A program made the translations under genes and the position numbers. Under the pieces are notes generated by a model. It did no database searches. It was not told the DNA's origin and worked only from the letters and a program-made list of their open reading frames with translations. A stretch of DNA of 64,000 nucleotides, taken from the NCBI GenBank assembly GCA_965116885.1, contig OZ220741.1, positions 960,001 to 1,024,000 on the forward strand. The letters run 5' to 3'. Below, piece by piece: positions 59,701-64,000 of this stretch (positions within the stretch are counted from its first letter, which is position 1; each line of letters opens with the position of its first letter). This stretch comes from Candidatus Latescibacterota bacterium (lineage in GTDB: Bacteria > Latescibacterota > UBA2968).

Positions 59701-60413
59701 GGAGACACATTCAGACCAGCAGCAGGCATACCACCAGTAATCGCCGCCACAGCGGGATCGACCATAATGGTAATCTCGCCACCAACGACTGGGCCTTCCA
59801 ACCCATCAACAGCGACATTGACAACAACTTCATCGCCAGCAGCAACAGGACCCTCGCCGACACGCATCAGGGAAACGGACAAATTGTCATAACCCGGCAT
59901 CATACCAGTGCCGCCATTATCACCACCACCGTTGCCATTACCCCCGGTACCACCTTCATTAAACGTAAGCGAAGCTGACAAGGGAAGTGATGTGCTCTGA
60001 CCAACACCCATATGAATGGTGACCCCTGTAATGCCAACGGAAAATTCCACATCCGTTACATCTGACAGGGGAGTAAAGGTAAACGTAGCTTCTGCCGGCA
60101 CCTGCAGCGGTGTTCCAGGAAGAGAAACTATGGAAACCGTAGAACCGGACACGAGAAGGCCCGGGGGCGCAGCAATACTTAAAAGAGAAGAATCAAATGA
60201 AAACTCGAGATCCAGGGCTTGCGCAGTGGCAAGCAGAGGATTATCGGCAACGCCCGTCGTGGAAACCTTAACCATAACGGCGTCCATTCCAGAAGCCTCG
60301 CCTGCGGTGCCATCCGTAACATGCGAAAGCGACACACTCTGTGCAGAAGCCTGTCCTGCAAACATCAGCAATGCCAACGCAGTCATAAACAAAAGACTTT
60401 TTTTCAAAAACAT
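56715..60413 (-). CDS. Large surface protein: cohesin/Ig-like repeats, dockerin-like pair, cohesin-like domain, FlgD-Ig tail
   Basis: Signal peptide; VDFEDF / DLNDDTVVNFDDF; VDVSLANV..LMGYGF.L.YD..KF; LLQNFPNPFNPET..KLMLLK. Confidence 0.85.
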   Translation of the reverse strand: MFLKKSLLFMTALALLMFAGQASAQSVSLSHVTDGTAGEASGMDAVMVKVSTTGVADNPLLATAQALDLEFSFDSSLLSIAAPPGLLVSGSTVSIVSLPGTPLQVPAEATFTFTPLSDVTDVEFSVGITGVTIHMGVGQSTSLPLSASLTFNEGGTGGNGNGGGDNGGTGMMPGYDNLSVSLMRVGEGPVAAGDEVVVNVAVDGLEGPVVGGEITIMVDPAVAAITGGMPAAGLNVSPDGIVGMSLTLIGAPTMLTDGSFGTVTLTLSPAYDGAMVSINASVNVFTPAGMRAMAAAGDAVMVSGGPVPMLETESTEVEFDDFGVPATVMVTAVDFPEDAVIKFSYEATADFQAMEDGAVLTLTAETPGDVTVMASDGMSSASITITFSNPDPYVKADATDVIIPEGGMKSVTVTAVGLEGVVTYAISKTSGTASIASDTDGDMVTITASGEGSAMVSVTASAGGMMTEAISILFRAMPTVGSDAAEVMVPQTEVGTAMAMVVATGFPEGAEITFNVDPADHPYLTASADGNVLTLKATGTVSVSVTASGAGVTTSAVEVSFTQVLPAAPASVVVQDQEGDNGHYVMVSFANSANHADVSQYRVYREMMVNTAMDADGNVVTTDTPMAKWVPWAVIDAMDNDDEEGMTRAVVPVTDANATRWGVAAEKGMDSNEPTPAGKRVFSKESMQQLVQFLGMDPNRVVTEDELVEMLMPSADYINSLTGGRQNVVFAALDPDLSVLIGGNVAVPQNIRTGGHLSPIVSSPITASEGMAAAIDDTAPAAVTDVAADPDTGVITWTASADDGGMDAVMYRGHAIMIPHVTGYKVMASVVGAEAPPIDVTALVGGALPPGSTGLTVPQVLIESLIDQGVPAVLIDVVVMDGTNMTSIVPPLVVELAPKRRLFVDADGNPVFVVKLGRYGAMTPLLVDFEDFVAFTMAFNKSEATSTREEWRVFIQSDLNDDTVVNFDDFILFFGSYGKEATGPAGKSLVTPVLGVNENAEFLLRLGSDRVVAGETMFVDVSLANVQALMGYGFVLHYDAEKFEYVEAVPATEDLLKSTGGETPLFRSLSPEAGQVHVMNSIVNGSEVSGDGDVVRLVFRVLRDFEDNARFEIADGLVFDPSQLANPLAGGVLDIQTTPTEFALLQNFPNPFNPETTIGYELAESADVTLQIYNVVGQVVRTLMVSEPQLVGRYQVRWDGMDDRGVPVSSGIYFYQISAGKFQDVRKLMLLK

Positions 60414-60443
60414 TACAAACTCCTCTATTGAAAATGGAATCGG

Positions 60444-60471
60444 GTAGGGGCGAAAAATCTTTCGCCCCTAC
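60444..60471. repeat. Self-complementary GTAG REP
   Basis: GTAGGGGCGAAAAATCTTTCGCCCCTAC. Confidence 0.8.
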
Positions 60472-60486
60472 TGATCCATCGGCGAA

Positions 60487-63400
60487 TTACTTGAGCAGCA
60501 TCAGCTTCCGCACATCGCTGAACTTCCCGTCTGCCGCAATCTGGTAGAAGTAAATCCCACTCGAAACCGGCACACCGCGATCATCCATCCCGTTCCAGCG
60601 AATCTGATAACGACCCGCATTCTGAGCCTCAGAGGCGACCAGCGTCCGAACCACCTGACCCAACACATTGTAAATCTGGAGGGTCACATCGGCGGACTCG
60701 GCCAAATCGTACTTAATGGTCGTATCCGGGTTAAATGGATTGGGGAAGTTCTGGTGCAAAGCGAACTCTCTGGGCGTGCTCTGGAGTTCCAACACACCCG
60801 CGACCACCGCCGGGTTCTGAAGCTGACTCGGGTCAAAGACCAGACCGTTGGCAATCTCAAACCGGGCGTTATCCTCAAACTCGCGCAACACGCGGAACAC
60901 AAACCGGACAACGTCACCATCGCCGGAAACCGCTGTACCGTGGATCACACCGTTGACAACTTCAACCTGACCGTCGGCAACCATGTGATGGAACAGCTTG
61001 CTTTCTCCACCTGTTGACGTGAGCAAATCTTCATCGGCAGGCGCCACACTCACAAACTCGAACTTATCCGTCTCGTAATTGAGCGTGAATCCATAGCCCA
61101 TCAAAGCAGCGACATTGGCAAGCGACACATCCACAGCCATCAACTCGCCAGCAACCACGCGCTCACTACCCAGACTCAGCGAAAACTCAGCATTCTCGTT
61201 GATACCGGGAAGCAGTACGAGAGGCTTGGTAGCCGGACCAACAGCTTCTCTGCCCCAGGAAGCGATGAAAATGAGATAGTCGTCAATATTGACCATACCA
61301 TCATCGTTGACATCTGCCTGGACATTGTAATTCGCATCGCCTTCGCTGCTACCCCACGCAGCTAAGAGAGCCAGATAGTCATTCGTGTTAACGACCATAT
61401 CTGCGTCAGAGATCAGATACACGGGATCGCCATTTGAATCGACATAACTTCTGCGACCTGCCAGCTCTTCATAGACAACATCGAGACTTGCAGAATACTG
61501 ACCACTCGTAGCCGTCACCGACGCAGTACCTGACCCGCTCAGTGGAACTGTCAACGGAGCATAGCCATCGGCATCTGCCGTCACATCAACCGAACCAAGC
61601 GCAGAGGTAAAGGTAACCGTATCGCCCTCATTCAAACCCTCAGCGCGAACCGTTACATTTACCGAGCCGCCAGCAGGAATCATCACAGTATTACCCGCCT
61701 GATCCCCATCCTGACCGGGAACCCAGAGCGTAAGGGAAAGATCCAGAGGCGCGCGAACAGCGAACATCGCAGTAGATTTGATGTTCTGGCTTCGCGTATC
61801 ATCAGCGTCTAAGGACGTATTATCCACCCTGACCTGGATCGACACCTGTTTGGCATTGGAAGGCGCTGTAACAGGGAAAGTCTCACCCGCCACCTCTATC
61901 GTCCATTCAAACGGAGGCAGGCTTATATCGGGCAAGGAACGCAGCGTAATATCAAATCCGTTTTTATAATTGAACCCGTTTGTGACACCGTCCACTTTAA
62001 CGTTCACCCGGGTATCCAGGATATTCAACGAGTCTGAAGCTCCAGCAGCAGCTTTTGCAGGCGCAGCCCTGTAAGCCTTCACAGAGGGGTTGCCATGCCG
62101 GTCAACCGGGATCACCCGAAGGGCGAAATCACCCCAAACCTCCGATGCTGGACCATCGACGCCATCTTCCCAGGCGGTTATCTCAAACTTGTTGAAGTCT
62201 GCCGCATCGACGGTAAGATCCTCTATCGCACCACTAAAGGCTGCAACTGACGTACCGCCCATACCAGCATTCCGGTGCTCAACCATAATTTTGAGACCGT
62301 CCATCGTCTTATTCGACTTGGCGAAAACCGTGCGCTCGCCGAGTTTCCAGTCACCGGCAGCGAGCGTGGCAGAACCATCACCATTATCGGTCACCCCACC
62401 ACCGTGGAACATCACGGATGAAGCAGCACCGTCTGCATCCCAGGCACTGATACGCACTTCTTCTGCCAGCATATTATTTTCATCCCTGTTCTTATACGTC
62501 AATGCTGGACGGTCATCATCATCGTTATCAGGCGTACCATTATTATCCCACGCCTTCAGCCGCAGATGAAACGCCTGACCAGCAACCACGGAGTCGCTTG
62601 CAGCATCTTCTGCCATATCAGTGGGATCAAAATTTCTGATCGTGAACATATTCGCCTTCGGATTGTCGAATTGCGCGTCAAACACAAAATCTGCGGATGC
62701 TGCCGAAGGCGTCTCGAAAGCATTCCCCGCAAGATCGCGCGCAAAAATCGTCAGCGTATAGGTCTTCGTCGCATCAAAAGCCTCACTGACCAAAATCTGA
62801 TGTTCGCCCTTGGCCAGATTACCCATCTCCTCAACAATATCGCTACCACTGGAAGGATCATACGTCACCGAAAGAGAATCCACGGCTTCCTTCAGCGTAA
62901 CGACCGGGTGACGCGTGGCATCGTTAATCTTATTGTCATCATCTTCGAGAAGATCATTTCTCGGGAACCAATCAGAAATCGTCGGCGGCTTCTGATCGTG
63001 AACGACATTATCAATGACCACCTTGGTTTTGTTACCCACCTGATCTGTCGCCACAACCACGAGATTGATCTTCGTACCACCCTGACCCGTTGCTGTCAAC
63101 TTATTGTTGGACGCTTTTCTAAACTTGAGACCCACCGTGTTGTAGATGATCGTATCGCCAACAGACGTTGCACCGTGTCTCGCGACAATCTCACTGAGAT
63201 CCAGATTCCGATCATCATCCGGCGTCCACAGAACGATTGCAGCATCGCTAATCTCATCTACGTCATTGGCATTTTCGGCGCCGTCGGCATAGACATACAG
63301 CGAGTCAACATCTTCATCCAACCTGATGCGCAGCGGATTGAGGAATTCATCCCAGTTCGTATCGGCGTGATCACCTGTGATACGATCACCAGCAGCGGGA

Positions 63401-64000
63401 TACAGAACATGAACCCCGGGCCGTCGGGTATCTGCGGTGAGAGTTTTTGCCACATGACCAGAGAAGTTACCAGCCTGATCCTTTGTCCTCACGCGGGCGC
63501 GAATTCCCACGTAATCCGGCTCAAACTTGGTGGAATTCTTCTTTATTTCCACACCATCTCTCGTGTGACCATCAGCCGTTGCCTGGGTTTTAATTGTCCC
63601 TTCATTCAGCGTCAAAGAGGTGCGCAATGCATCGCCAGCCGCGGCACTGATCTGAGCTTGCGTAAAGTTCGCTGTCTTCAGTGTTGCAGCTTTTGCATTT
63701 CCAGATGCATCATCATTGCCAAGGGTCTGAATCTGAATCTGCATACCACCATCTCTGATGAAACGCTGCTGAGCAGTAATGGGCACTTCGACCTTAAGCA
63801 CATCGCCTATCATTGCCTCAGCACCCGATGCATCATCATCACTATTATTGAGGGTAATATTAAGCTCGGAGGCTTCGTTGTCGGGAGCCAGAAGGTCAAT
63901 TTTTATGAGCTTCCCATCACCCACGGATTGATCTGCACCAGGGGTTGCAGGATTGCTGAAAACCTTTTTCTTCGTGTCATTGCTATTGAGCCTGTATGTA
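60487..64000 (-). CDS. Large surface protein, 5'-truncated; Ig-like repeats, dockerin-like pair, cohesin-like domain, FlgD-Ig tail
   Basis: Frame stays open from 63924 to the window end; D.AGN Ig-like motifs; DVNDDGMVNIDDY; C-terminal region closely matches 56715..60413. Confidence 0.85.
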   Translation of the reverse strand, partial: TYRLNSNDTKKKVFSNPATPGADQSVGDGKLIKIDLLAPDNEASELNITLNNSDDDASGAEAMIGDVLKVEVPITAQQRFIRDGGMQIQIQTLGNDDASGNAKAATLKTANFTQAQISAAAGDALRTSLTLNEGTIKTQATADGHTRDGVEIKKNSTKFEPDYVGIRARVRTKDQAGNFSGHVAKTLTADTRRPGVHVLYPAAGDRITGDHADTNWDEFLNPLRIRLDEDVDSLYVYADGAENANDVDEISDAAIVLWTPDDDRNLDLSEIVARHGATSVGDTIIYNTVGLKFRKASNNKLTATGQGGTKINLVVVATDQVGNKTKVVIDNVVHDQKPPTISDWFPRNDLLEDDDNKINDATRHPVVTLKEAVDSLSVTYDPSSGSDIVEEMGNLAKGEHQILVSEAFDATKTYTLTIFARDLAGNAFETPSAASADFVFDAQFDNPKANMFTIRNFDPTDMAEDAASDSVVAGQAFHLRLKAWDNNGTPDNDDDDRPALTYKNRDENNMLAEEVRISAWDADGAASSVMFHGGGVTDNGDGSATLAAGDWKLGERTVFAKSNKTMDGLKIMVEHRNAGMGGTSVAAFSGAIEDLTVDAADFNKFEITAWEDGVDGPASEVWGDFALRVIPVDRHGNPSVKAYRAAPAKAAAGASDSLNILDTRVNVKVDGVTNGFNYKNGFDITLRSLPDISLPPFEWTIEVAGETFPVTAPSNAKQVSIQVRVDNTSLDADDTRSQNIKSTAMFAVRAPLDLSLTLWVPGQDGDQAGNTVMIPAGGSVNVTVRAEGLNEGDTVTFTSALGSVDVTADADGYAPLTVPLSGSGTASVTATSGQYSASLDVVYEELAGRRSYVDSNGDPVYLISDADMVVNTNDYLALLAAWGSSEGDANYNVQADVNDDGMVNIDDYLIFIASWGREAVGPATKPLVLLPGINENAEFSLSLGSERVVAGELMAVDVSLANVAALMGYGFTLNYETDKFEFVSVAPADEDLLTSTGGESKLFHHMVADGQVEVVNGVIHGTAVSGDGDVVRFVFRVLREFEDNARFEIANGLVFDPSQLQNPAVVAGVLELQSTPREFALHQNFPNPFNPDTTIKYDLAESADVTLQIYNVLGQVVRTLVASEAQNAGRYQIRWNGMDDRGVPVSSGIYFYQIAADGKFSDVRKLMLLK

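Overview
64-kb bacterial chromosomal window; no rRNA, tRNA, CRISPR array or transposase was recognised. The gene mix (five PhyH-family Fe/2OG enzymes, three sulfatases, dockerin-like EF-hand modules, large FlgD-Ig-tailed surface proteins, a UBact-type proteasome operon) resembles Latescibacterota/Gemmatimonadota-like marine or sponge-associated genomes (inference only). Housekeeping and catabolic genes (uxaC, cysC, acnA, gpmI, RNA methyltransferase, TRAP and ABC transporters, namZ, GH10) are interspersed with small toxin-antitoxin inserts and several families of intergenic REP-like and short tandem repeats. Most notable: (1) a complete arc-dop-ubact-prcB-prcA-pafA operon whose ATPase lacks the GQYL/HbYX tail; (2) a tandem QueF pair in which the upstream copy has lost the catalytic Cys/Asp, in the same order as the two modules of bimodular QueF; (3) three PhyH-like genes with HxG/HxN in place of the HxD iron ligand, the signature of radical halogenases; (4) dockerin-tagged secreted enzymes plus cohesin/dockerin-bearing surface proteins; (5) a DUF4160 module bracketed by a duplicated ECF-like promoter; (6) REP elements whose GTAG foot supplies gene stop codons. 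All family assignments come from motifs recognised by eye, not from database searches.
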